47,773 bases of DNA from NCBI RefSeq assembly GCF_001949145.1, contig NW_019091357.1, forward strand, positions 2,400,114-2,447,886, given 5' to 3'. The translations under genes and the position numbers were made by a program. Every line of letters starts with the position of its first letter. Within the stretch, counting starts at the first letter, position 1. Shown here piece by piece: positions 25,595 to 37,739 of the stretch. The notes under the pieces are model-generated. The model saw only the letters and a program-made list of their open reading frames with translations. It did no database searches and was not told the origin of the DNA. Source of the stretch: Acanthaster planci (taxonomy: Eukaryota).

Positions 25595-28500
25595 CTTGCA
25601 CAGAAAGAAATGAGAGTTTCAGTGCCTTAGAATAAAACACAAATCGCATTGATTTGATAAATCAGTCTCCCAGTTCAACCAAGTGGTCGTTATGCAAAAG
25701 CAAAACCACAAACAATAACCTAAAATACCACAATTTTTGTGGCATAAACATACGAAACCAAAAATGTGCATAGAATAGAAATTCTCTCAGACAAAATGGG
25801 CATCAAAAGTTTGGGATCTTTTCTTCAATCTACTAATCTGAGAGTACTTCTCTTCACTTCTTTTGCTTGAAGTCGTTGACTTCAATCTTTCCTCTGTCTC
25901 TATTATTTCCCCCATGTTCTTCAACTCGCTCCTTTCCCTACTCCCTGTTTCTGTTCATCAGCTCCCTCTCGGTTACCCCGTCTCGCCACTCCCTCTCTCG
26001 TTACACCTCTGAAATCAACAATTTTTTTGTCATTCAATATTCTCGCATTTCTTTCACATCTCCCTCTCTCCCTTTTTTTCCCATTCGTTTCTTCGTGGTT
26101 TATTGTTCCTTGTTTCTTCCGTCGGTTATTGTTGCTTTCTGTGCTCTTCTCCTCGATTGGAGCATATCACTCCCTTGCACAATTCCCAAAAAGAAAAAAA
26201 AAGTGCAGCAACCAAGTGCACTCACTCCACTGCGAGTGGGGCTCACACCCGTATGTAGTTTGGGCATTCCTTTGTTTTTGTTTAAGTATGAAATGTCAAT
26301 GGAAATGCTAATTTTTCTGGCACTGTGACAACAATTTTTATCTAAGCCAGATTTCTGTAGATAGTTTCCTCATAAGCTCCATTTCCTCCTATAACAGATA
26401 GTGCCATTCTCAAAGAAGGAACCCCTAATCCTGGTGGGTTTTTTTTTTGGGGGGGGGTGGGGAATGGGCAAGTGGTGTTGACCTGGGCAAGTCCTGACAA
26501 TGTCCTCAATCCCTAAGTGTCAGTACATGGAGTATTTTTGCTCACATGTCCACGCAAGGAATACCTAAAACAATCCTAAGTGCTCAAGCCTTTGGGGGAG
26601 ATGACAGAAGGGGATTCAGGCATCAAACCACTGAGGCAAACTCCCCCCCCCCCAGTGTAACTGCCGGGGGGACGACTGCCAAGCCGGGAGCCATAATTGC
26701 CATTGATTTCCGATTGTCAGCGGCGAGAGCCAGCAACAGACGATTTCTCCGCAGTTGATAGAATCAGCTCAGGGATGGCTGACGATAATTTTCAAACACC
26801 GGAAAAAGCTGCCAATATTTTCTGGCCCGCGACTTCCCTCCCTCACTGTGAGAATCTGAAAGGAGGCAATCATGTGAACAGAGGATAACACCTGATGACA
26901 GATGTACCTTGAAATGTCATTTTGTCTTTGTTGACAGAATTCTCCTCCCTCCAAAAAAAAAAAAATCAAATCCATGTTCTTCGCACCTTCAACTTCCTAC
27001 TTAAATTTATCCTTGTGTTGAAAAAAAAAATCTATGAGAAAACCCCACATTATCAGGTAAGCCACTCCTCTTGAAAAAAAAATATCAGTGACTGAAAATT
27101 TTTCACAGATCAGTTGCATTTAAACAGTGTAAGTTTTGTCTTCACCATTTCTCTGGAAACTTGACAAATCTTTCAATCAATCAGCAAGTGCAACAAAGTG
27201 AACCAGGGATATCATATTTTACCCTGCAAAATTCAAGCAGCCTGTGAGGTCCATTAACGTTGAATGAATTAAAAGTTCACTGAAAAGCGTGTTAGGATGA
27301 ACCGATGTCGGACAGTGTGCTCCTCAACTCGCTGGTAATTTTTCCTTTATCTCCCCATTTCCAATATGGTATGAAAAACCAGTGTCATGAGTAGCTTTGC
27401 ATCTCTGAAAGAAAATTAGGACACTCAGATCTCTTGGGTAAAATAATGACTGATGGGCTGCACGGTGCTGAATCAAATGCCCCCCCCAAAAAAAAATTAG
27501 TGCTTGATTTTTAGTGGATAACAGGATTAACTTAAGCATGATGGAACCGTGTAGTCGTGATGTTGAAAAACTATTTTCCAAACCCTTTACCAAAGGACGT
27601 TTTCTTCAAGGTACAATTTTTTCAGGTGCGTGTACAGTTCAGTGCTTCCTCGACTCACGGGGAGTTACTCTCCCCGAGCAGTCTCGTTCCCAATGGCTAA
27701 CGGCGTTATTCGCCTTCCCCCCCCCGTGGTCATTGGAGCAGAATGGCCTGTCCATCAGCTCACCTACCCCTCATGTTTCATTCATTCCTCACCTCTCATC
27801 ACAATACTAACTTCATTTCCCGAAAGCTTCTCTCCCTGCTAACCTTCTATGCAGCTTCTTCTGTTTTACGAGTTGCTGCTCCGTGCTGCTGCACTTTGTT
27901 TAAGAAATATCAGCCCCCCCCTACATTGATGGCCTTCCAGGGCTCGGGCTAATCGTATGAGGTCCGTTCGCGTTATTCAATTTGCATGTTTATCCAAATC
28001 GGCGTGTACTGAGACTTTCTCTTTTTTTTTTTAACGAGCTGTGGTGAGCGGCGGCTGACGGACACAAACGACAGGACTTGCGTATTGATTAGCGACGGAG
28101 CATCAAATTAGGGGAAAGACTGACAGAGTTGGGAAAGGCAGGACAAGGCCACGAAAGGCGGAAGCTTCGTCTAATGGCGACTTCAAAGCGGGCCGTTAAA
28201 CAGGCAAACGCGTGGGCCTGTCAGGCGAGCCACTTTGTCATGCGGATTCCAATTCCTGCACAATGCACGCAGCATTCTCTCCCTGAACAGGTGAAATCGA
28301 CATTAGGAGATCAACACGACAAACCATTCATAATGGGGTAATTTTTCTTCGGCTACTCCCAAGGTTGCAACTGGGTTTTTACATGTATGAATCAATCACA
28401 AGGTGTCCTCTCTCAAATAGTCACAAACTATTATTTAATTCCCACTGACAAAGGCATTCATGTTTTTCATGGCCCACTACGCATGACCTGACTTCCTCAT

Positions 28501-28812
28501 CTGACTTGTTCATCACTAGATTAAATCTACTCGCTTCTGGGCCATTCCACTTAAAAAAAAAGATGGGTGAAGCAAGTATCTCGTTGCCCCTTATATAGAC
28601 ACAGGAATTTATTACAGTGGCGATGCCCTTAAATATATTTACAAAGATGGTTCCGTCTTTGCATTGGCAAACAAAACCCCTTAACCTGCTTGCTTTTAGA
28701 TTTCTGACAAAAATAAAGAAGATAGGGTTTTATCTTAAAAGGGTCCATATGATCAGTATCAAGTAGCATCAGCAATAATTGTGAGTTAACATTGATCAAA
28801 GATGAGAAATGT

Positions 28813-29480
28813 NNNNNNNNNNNNNNNNNNNNNNNNNNNNNNNNNNNNNNNNNNNNNNNNNNNNNNNNNNNNNNNNNNNNNNNNNNNNNNNNNNNNNNNN
28901 NNNNNNNNNNNNNNNNNNNNNNNNNNNNNNNNNNNNNNNNNNNNNNNNNNNNNNNNNNNNNNNNNNNNNNNNNNNNNNNNNNNNNNNNNNNNNNNNNNNN
29001 NNNNNNNNNNNNNNNNNNNNNNNNNNNNNNNNNNNNNNNNNNNNNNNNNNNNNNNNNNNNNNNNNNNNNNNNNNNNNNNNNNNNNNNNNNNNNNNNNNNN
29101 NNNNNNNNNNNNNNNNNNNNNNNNNNNNNNNNNNNNNNNNNNNNNNNNNNNNNNNNNNNNNNNNNNNNNNNNNNNNNNNNNNNNNNNNNNNNNNNNNNNN
29201 NNNNNNNNNNNNNNNNNNNNNNNNNNNNNNNNNNNNNNNNNNNNNNNNNNNNNNNNNNNNNNNNNNNNNNNNNNNNNNNNNNNNNNNNNNNNNNNNNNNN
29301 NNNNNNNNNNNNNNNNNNNNNNNNNNNNNNNNNNNNNNNNNNNNNNNNNNNNNNNNNNNNNNNNNNNNNNNNNNNNNNNNNNNNNNNNNNNNNNNNNNNN
29401 NNNNNNNNNNNNNNNNNNNNNNNNNNNNNNNNNNNNNNNNNNNNNNNNNNNNNNNNNNNNNNNNNNNNNNNNNNNNNNNN
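28813..29480. other. Assembly gap (668 N) inside a UTP23 intron
   Basis: Run of N. The poly-X ORFs over it are artefacts. Confidence 1.
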
Positions 29481-29645
29481 GGCATCAATAAATAAGCTTT
29501 AAATAAAAAAAAAATGAATATTTGTAAGTATGCACAGCTGTAGCATATTTGCACTCTCCTAACCACTCAATAGAGGGCGCCAAACCAAGTTATTGATGAT
29601 CAAAGAGAAAAAGATCAATGCTGGCTTTTCTCGATCTGGACTCAC

Positions 29646-29834
29646 CTGGGTAGCGATGTAGTAGTGATGACTGTTGTTGTCTCCGATCATACCCTTGATG
29701 CAGTCGGCAGCAGCGACGGGCTCTTCTTGGTGAGGGCAGCTCAGCACTCTGTAGCGTCTCAAGATGCTGGCTGCGCCGTAGAGCTCTTTACCGAGGGACT
29801 CGGTCTCGAGGATGGCGCATTTGGTCGTCAGCAG
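29646..29834 (-). CDS. UTP23: UTP23 second coding exon (includes Cys/His zinc-binding residues)
   Basis: attcag|LLTTKCAILETESLGKELYGAASILRRYRVLSCPHQEEPVAAADCIKGMIGDNNSHHYYIATQ|gtgagt. 189 nt, phase 0 at both ends. Confidence 0.94.
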
Positions 29835-30983
29835 CTGAATCAATGAAGAAACATTGCAAAACCTCCTCAAATATTTATTTCAAATTTCTCTCTGTTTTTG
29901 GCCACTTCCCAACGTGCATCACCATCTCCATAGTCACCCTTCGGAGTTTGTTCCAAACATCATGAGGGTTAGTTGGCAAAAGTAATGCTTAGGGGGAATA
30001 ACCTTTGGGAAAGAATGAATGGGAATGGAGGAACTTTAGTGAACTGAATTGCAATTTTTCAACGGACCGAATCGTGGGTGCTACAAATACTCGGAATGTG
30101 AAAAGTAGTTTACTGCCCACTGAAGAACAGAGGTCGGAGATGGTTAATGTGATTGATTCAGCTGCTTTACGCTGAAATAGCTGCATATGCCCCAGGGTGC
30201 TGAGATGGTACTTGGAATGTTTCATGGCCCAGTGACCAGGGGTAATAATAATAAAAAAGGGACTTTGATCTTTGTTAAAAGCACCAAGTAAAAACCTGTT
30301 ATTACTATGTGTTTATTGATTAATACTTGACTCTGCATCAATTATCTTGGCTCTTCCTGAGAGGTAACACGCGAGTAGTTTTGGGAGCCCTGTCAGGAAT
30401 TTTTCAGAACATTACAGATCAGTGACATCAGTAAAGTCCCTCGCCTTCAGCCCGGGTATTGTCAGCGTCCATTGTCCTGACCCGGTCCTAATCAAAAATT
30501 TCAAGCCTGCCAAGCAGATTTTTATTCCCATACATACATACCGTTTGAGTTATCATGCCAAAACAAGTTTTAAAAATGCTAATTTCCAACCATTCTGTTC
30601 AACAACTGTATTTCATTTTTTTAACACCCTTCGCGCCATGTTATGGAATGTTCCTATTGCGAGTAGTCTCCTTATAATCTCCATATAATTATTAAGATTG
30701 GTCTGCAGCATGAGGTACAGCCAATCCAAAGCTTATCAGCTTTTTTAAGACACACCATATGACCGGCTCTTGACCAATGGAATGGCTCAAACCGTCTTTA
30801 ACTCTAACGCTCCTCAGTCCTCCAGCAGGTGAAGGATTGAGGAGGGTTAGGGTTAATGGAACAAGCTCAGGGCCATCAGCCATACAAAAATCTGTCCAAC
30901 CAGAGCTCAAAGAAATTAGCAGTGACCACTGCCCTCCCTGGGAGATTGGCCTGTTTCGCGTCTTCCCCAGCCGACAGTCTAAC

Positions 30984-31157
30984 CTGCACTTCGCCATCCA
31001 GGTACTTAGGCAGCTGATCCTTGATGTTCGTCTGATGGCGGAGTGCCACACAGGTGAACGTGCCATCGACCAGGACCAGGTGCGGCTCCCTGAAGTTGAA
31101 GACATTCTTGTAGAATCCCAGATGGCGCCGAGCATGCTTATACCGCTTGATCTTCAT
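30984..31157 (-). CDS. UTP23: rRNA-processing protein UTP23 (PIN-like domain), first coding exon
   Basis: MKIKRYKHARRHLGFYKNVFNFREPHLVLVDGTFTCVALRHQTNIKDQLPKYLDGEVQ|gttaga (58 codons). An acceptor-like ttttctccag at 31189 implies an upstream non-coding exon. Confidence 0.93.
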
Positions 31158-31889
31158 GACTGACCTTCGTTATGCCGAGCAAGTAAAACTGGAGAAAAAT
31201 TACCGTCAAACGTAATGAAACACATGCTCTCCAGCATGCCTGCAGATTTAAGGAAGTAATCAGAGAGTGATGAGCTGAGGATGTAGAGCAAGTGGGTGGG
31301 GAAGAGAAAGTGGCATGGACGACAGAGAAAATGGATGGAACCACGTTTCAGATGAAAGTGACTCCAAGTAAATATCATGTTTATTAAAATCGGGATACCT
31401 TTCTTTTAAGCACACTTTCCACCTATCCCTCCCTCTCAAATGCCCCAGGATTCCCCAGGTCTTACATGTATGTAATGTCATGCATGTGTTGACTATGTGC
31501 ATTGGAACGAGGGCTTTGTCGAGGCTTTTATATGAGTTTCGCAACTGCACTGTTCCATATACGGGCTCCGCATTACACCCTGTGCACTATCCCTACGAGA
31601 CTGGTCTGAAAAATTCTAAGTTTTTCTAAGTAAACAACCGTTTTTCACCCGTGATTGAACTTTTCTGGACATGTTTTTGCTTTCTGGTGGCTAAGACTAG
31701 GTCACTGTAGTGTAAGGACTAATTACTGGCGTCCCTGTGCAGGTATGTGGACTCTTGCCGTAGAATACTCTGAACTACCCCCTCCACCGCCTTTAAGAGT
31801 TTGCCCCTCCCCCCTACAAAACTGAATATTCTACCCCATAAATGGCCTTCGGTCTAACATACTATTACTGACGCCACATCATAGTGATA

Positions 31890-32325
31890 GGGCCTAATGT
31901 TAGGCCTATGATCGCATTTGCCCAACCTCAGTCATGCATGTGAATTATCTTAACATTACATCAGTTTACCATCCTTAATATTCTTCTTTCCGTATTTTAT
32001 TTTTAACACAATACCTCCACGTTATTCAACTTCAACTAATGATAAACTAACCCCTTAAAAGCAAGCCAACTCAAAAGTTTAGGAAGCTGAAATCCCACGA
32101 CCCAACCGCAAGGGCGCCGCCATCTTGAAACTAGCAATGAGGCTCTTCTGAAATTATTCTTGTGGTAGGATTACAGCTGTTCGTATTTAGAAATATGGAA
32201 CGTTTTTTTAAGAATATAAAATATTTTTATTCCTGTTTTCTTTTACTGATGAATATAAAAAAAAAATTGCCCACTTTTGAGCACTATATATATAATGTAC
32301 AGAGAGGGTTCTACGGCTTATCAAC
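31890..32325. promoter_or_regulatory. Putative bidirectional promoter between UTP23 (-) and MRPL15 (+), with a YY1-type motif
   Basis: The divergent start codons are 1.17 kb apart (31157 and 32326). GCCGCCATCTTG at 32116-32127 reads CAAGATGGCGGC on the minus strand, matching the YY1 consensus. Confidence 0.6.
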
Positions 32326-32430
32326 ATGGCGACTTCCAGTTCAGGGACACAACGTGCGCTCGAACTATTGAGAAATTTACCTCGTGTTGCATTAAACAAC
32401 ATCAGAGACAACCCTGGCGCAAGGACAAAG
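32326..32430 (+). CDS. MRPL15: Mitochondrial ribosomal protein uL15m, exon 1
   Basis: caacATGG start context. Translation MATSSSGTQRALELLRNLPRVALNNIRDNPGARTK|gtaaat. Confidence 0.93.
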
Positions 32431-33606
32431 GTAAATAAGACTATAAGACGACATTCATTATGTTCATGCTTCTCAGTTTTTGTTTATTTCCATCGAAACG
32501 GTCAACTATTACATCACGACGCGTAGTACCAGCGTGACCAGCCCAGGCATGCCATGCATCCCCATGCCAGGGCCTAGGCTACTAAGCTTCAAGAAAGTCA
32601 AAGTTAGGGCCTATCAACTTATAAATATAGCTCCACCATGGTATGACGGAGTAGTGACTTTGAGTTCTCGAAGTACCCAGGGCCCAGGCTGGAAAAAATG
32701 TTGCATCCCAACTGCACTTCAGCAGTTAGGCCTAGGCCTATGTACAAAGTCTATTGGGAGTGAAGAGAATTTTCCAAGTATTTCCCAACAACATCGGTAA
32801 ATGTTTCTCAGTCCAGAATTCATGTCTTTCCAGCATTTCTGTAATGACTGACTTTTATTGAGATGATACATGTATATGATGAGAAAAGTGGAGTCAGGAT
32901 GCAACCTTTTTTTAATAAATACTAGGCCTAGGTGGCAAGTGCTTCCCGAAAACTTCAAATGAGGCCTGAAACTTTTTAAACATGGTCAAGCAGATTGTGT
33001 ATTAAGGGACCCAGTTCCTCTAATAGAAGGGAGAGCTACATTTTTACTTTTGGATTCACCTTAGTAGATGACTGTGACATCATGCTCTATAACTGTAGGG
33101 GTCATGTTGTGAAAAGAGGGCAGGGTTTAGAGTTGTGATGGAAATTATGAGGGGAAACTCTGAGTGGTTTAATAACACATGACACGTGGTGAAGTCAAAT
33201 TATGCGTCTGGTTTATCACGAAGAGCATCGCATTTTCTCACAATTTACAATTGAAAATGTTGAAAAAAATAGGGTCAGTGCAATAAACAGAGCATTGCCT
33301 TTAGTTTCTGGTGGGAAAGGCCAGTTTTACAAGAGTAAAATGACAAAACGTGGGGGGTTCCCAAATATACAATCCCCTAAGCTGTTTGACATGGATCTGT
33401 TGTATATAATGTAGACAGAACAAGTCGTTTAGCATCACTCAGCCTGTGTAGTCATGATAGTGTTGAAGTGGGGCCATGCAGTGGCTTAGATGGACACAGG
33501 TCTGATCCTTCAAGATGGGCTGATCAACCCATCTCAGCTTTATAGTTGCACGCATTGGCCTATTTCATTTCCGACATATTTGGTTGTACTGTGTTAACCT
33601 TCACAG

Positions 33607-33764
33607 CACAAAGTACGAGGTCGTGGCCAGCATGGAGGTGATTCTAGTGGGCGTGGCAAATCAGGACAAGGGATGAGGGGAACGAAACCACGGATTGGAT
33701 TTGAAGGCGGCCAAACACCCTTCTACTTGAGAATACCAAAATATCCGTACTACAAGGGTCATCG
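33607..33764 (+). CDS. MRPL15: MRPL15 exon 2
   Basis: cacag|[52 protein letters not shown](R)|gtaagt. Contains the uL15 signature GFEGGQTP. Confidence 0.96.
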
Positions 33765-34478
33765 GTAAGTATTCCTTAAACAAGGCATTATTTCCCAACC
33801 CCAATCTTGTGCATTTGCTTTCCTCATTGCCAAGCATAATCCTGTCTAAACCCCCAACAATTCCAATAAAACCAACTGATTAGTTAATAAAATCTGATAG
33901 GTATCGTGGGATGGAGCTGCCCAACGCAAGTAGTATAGTGCATTGAGTAACTACACATTGCCAAGGCTTGTGTTGTTAATGGAATATGCAACACATTACA
34001 ATGCAACTCCCCACTGTGTTTTGTTACATGTTATTGTATTCGGTAGAGTTCTTACTTTGACTGTGTGTTGCATTTTGAGTAAGATTGCGCACAGAACAAG
34101 TTAGAGTTTGTGAATAGAGGATTTCTCTATATCAGTGTGTGGTTGCACCAACTCGAGAAGTTTATAAGGTAACCGTGAAGATTCAAGATTTTTGGTGAGT
34201 TTTACGACAGTTCACACAAGACACTGTCACTTTCATCTCACACAGTGAGTGTCAGAGTACGTGTACTCCAGTACAGTTGAATGTGTAGAGTACTAACCAA
34301 CTAATGCATGGAACTATCCACTAGAATGTCCTGCAACTCCTTAGCTCAATTAATTGCAGTGTTTGCACTGGCTCCGTTATTTTCTTGAAAAGACGCTTTA
34401 TAATCTGTGATAAAAATTATGCCTGGGCAATCCGTAAATGCCATTTAAAAAAAAAGTTAACCACGTTACTCCTTCCAG

Positions 34479-34644
34479 CCTGAAGCGAGAGTACCTGCCG
34501 GTGTCCTTGAACAAGATCCAGCACCTGATTGACCTGGGCAGACTCGACCCGGAGGAGCCCATCGATGTGAACTCCCTGGTCAACGCAGGAGAGGTCAACA
34601 TTGACATCTACAAGAAGCAGTACGGCGTCCATCTTACTGAAGAG
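34479..34644 (+). CDS. MRPL15: MRPL15 exon 3
   Basis: ccttccag|C LKREYLPVSLNKIQHLIDLGRLDPEEPIDVNSLVNAGEVNIDIYKKQYGVHLTEE|gtgagc. 166 nt, phases consistent with neighbours. Confidence 0.95.
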
Positions 34645-35714
34645 GTGAGCTGAAAGACTCCTTGGCCTTTAACGTTCCTCGATCTATGAAAATCCCACCA
34701 GAGGATTCTGAAACGTGGAGCCCGGCCGCTGTTACTCTGAACCAACAACGGGCTGTCGCTAGGTGGAGATATTGCTTTCGGGATTGCGACAGATTTCGAG
34801 TGACTGTAGGGAAATTCGAAAGGGGTTGCAATTTTTAGAGCTGTTTATAGACCACGGGATGATTGTGCGGATTCCTTACTTATGTGAACCCCCCTCAAGA
34901 AGCTATTTAGATTTAGGCTTAAAATTCATATAAAATCGGTCCTATGTCACCATGAAACTCGCCAAGCTCAAAACATGCTCATTTTCAAAAGAAAAATTTC
35001 CTCTGTAAAATGTACGAGAAATAAAAGCGATGACTTTTTCGACATGACTTAATAATAAATCGATGATTTTCCCTACTATCCAATCACAATGCGTTTCTCA
35101 TTCACACTGACCAACAAGGACCAATCGCACGGCTTGTTTCAGCAAGGTCTGGGCGATCGCATTGAGCAACATGGCGTCTACGTTGGACGCCTCCAACGTG
35201 GATTTTGCTGGAGATGAAGGCGAAGACAGTCCGGTGTATTTCCGTATGCACACAACTGATGCAAAATCCAAAAATCGTAAAATTTAGCGAAAAGAGCGTT
35301 GCACGCGACGGCACGCTTTATGATGTCCCGAATCTGCACTCGCAATGTCGTTCACGACGACGGTCGACCATGTGCCCAATGTGGACTCAGCTGTTGTCAC
35401 TTCTTCGATTCATCCCGCATCGGCAGCGTAAAGCATGATCGAGAGTCAGACAGGTCCTGCTGAAGAAGCGGAAAATTCTGCTTCTCTTCCACGTTTGACG
35501 GGCTGTGGACGTTGCCGTGAAAGGTAATGTTTTGCTTTTTTGTCGTAGTGATTCCTGTGTAAATCATGCATGACCAGGATGGCTGATTATGATGAAGTGG
35601 AGATGGAGCGAAGTGGTTAGGGACGACGTAGAAATGGGGCGAAGTGACTGTTAAGCGTAGGCCTCCTTTCATATTCATGCCTTTAAAGTGAGGGAAAAAA
35701 CTTTGTCACTTGTT

Positions 35715-36848
35715 GGTCACTTGGGCACCTTGGCAACTCGGCACCTACCAACTTGGCACTTAGCCAACTCGGCACCTGAATTTTGCCTCCGGTCTGCATT
35801 TTCCAACTCGGCACCAGACTCACTGGGCACTGACCGACTCGGTACCGAAGCTTGCAGCCTATTGGTCCTACATGTAATTCCGCACATGTGCTTAGTAAAT
35901 GTTGTAATATATTTAATTTTGGTCATTTTGGATTTTTGCAACCCAATGACTACAAGTTGTGCACAACACAACCAACAAGAAATTCACAGAGAAACAAGAT
36001 TTTCACTTGTAAAAGGGAAGATTGAAGGAAACCCATATTTGAAATAAAAATCTGATTTTGATTTTAAAAAAACTTGAAGGAAAAATAACCCTTGCCTTAT
36101 CCTGGCCATTCCGTGAAAGCTTGTGATCGAAGTTGCCCTCGGATCCGACCCACAAGCCCAGCGGCTACTAAGCTCTGACGGAACTTTTACTATAGTTCCT
36201 GATAGCTTCATCCAGTTCCGGATCGGGTCGAAAACTTCGCGCATAAAAAATACTCATACAAGAAAATCATGTCAGCATTAGTGTCTGATTTATAGAAATT
36301 CAGTCAGTCTGACAAATGTTCAACGTTTCCAAATGTCCAAATTTTTAAAAGAGAACTTGCGTAAATGATTAGGTAGAAGCCCGCGCTTGCACTCACGACC
36401 AACCCCACCCAAAACAGCTTTGACAGCACCAAAGCACCATTACCGAGCACAAATCACACGCGTGCTAAGTACTGTAGCAGTTGGTGCGTAGTTCACACGC
36501 CCGATCCCGGCCCGAACTACATGAATGAGGACGAGTGCGTGTAATTCTCGGTGAATTTTTAATAATGGACTCTTACAATTGGTTTGATTTGAAAGTCATT
36601 TGATCCAAGAATCTTGATGCCTGTAGATTATGACAAAACATGTTTCCAATCGCAATGCTATAATGTTGTCATTGAGCCTCTAAGAGTACTGCCTGGAAAA
36701 TTTTTCAGCGATTCACCGCTCCCGTGATTGTTTGCAAGCCCTCCGAAAAAAGTCCAGTACAAGTTACTCAAGCTAGAAACCTTACCCAGATATCTCATAC
36801 ACGGTGCCGAGTTGGCAGGTGCCGACTTGGCAAGGTGCCAAAGTGACC
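35715..36848. mobile_element. Non-autonomous TIR DNA transposon (~1.13 kb) in MRPL15 intron 3
   Basis: 46-bp terminal inverted repeats at 35715-35760 and 36803-36848 match at 40/46 and are built from CCAACTCGGCACC-like sub-repeats. No internal ORF is recognisable. Confidence 0.8.
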
Positions 36849-37739
36849 GGTCTTCAAAACCCCTAGTCAGGAAGAACAAACTCGTTGAAAATGACCATTT
36901 TAGTTGTAATCAGCATTATCTAAATGTTTGGTACAACCTGCCCGACCTTGTTATTTCCAGAGTTGTTTCTGCAAAAATGGAGAACAAATCACACAGAAGG
37001 GAGAAGGCAACCTCACGACACGAACACTCTTTAACTCACCACACAATACAGTCATGATAATACCTCCTTCCTCCATGGTGCCTCGAACATCACAGAGAAC
37101 TCTAACCTGTCAACAATGTGGTTATCCTTTTTTTCAATCTTTTTTCCAAGATTCAAATGTATTCCCACTCTGCATAGCTCATCAACTAAATAAATTAGCC
37201 CTGTGTACAACAAAACATCCCTTACTAAACTCTGTCCTTTCTCCCCACGGGAAGGAATCAACCGCTACATATGTTTTATGATGTGTCAGTTTGTAAATCG
37301 TACTGTCTAAAGTCCTTCCAAAAAATTGTTATTTTGAGGCCCGGTATGCCAGTAGTGGCATTGCGAAGAATGTGGTTGCCAAAAATTGTTTGTTATGGAG
37401 AATTATCACCGCTTTGCATACTACTATGTACTCCTACTTCAGGGTTCAAAAGTAAAGTTTTTCAGTACCAAATAAATTTGAGAAAATGTACCAAAAGGCG
37501 ATTTCAGTAAAGTGAGAGTGGGGTAGTGGATAAACAGTTCAAGTTAGGGCCTGTTGTTGATTACAGATAAATAATGTCATATGTTTTGCTTTTTTTTAGC
37601 CACCACGGAAGACGCCGGAGCATCATCTGCTTGAGACGAGGAGGAAACCACAGAACAAAATGGGGAGTCTTCATCCAGGTTGCGTCTGCACTCCTCAACA
37701 TCTGGTGTCCGGCTTGTCCAGCCTCCTGGAAGAAAGCAT

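Noticed and set aside
25867..26328. 153-aa hydrophobic, membrane-like ORF
   Set aside because: It comes from a CT-rich low-complexity tract in a UTP23 intron.
28792..29566. Four long ORFs of 228-256 aa
   Set aside because: They are poly-X translations of the N gap.
34830..35690. Possible Kolobok-like element (ends in ctttaa, internal caacatggcg)
   Set aside because: I could not find matching terminal inverted repeats or a recognisable ORF. It may be a repeat but is unsupported.
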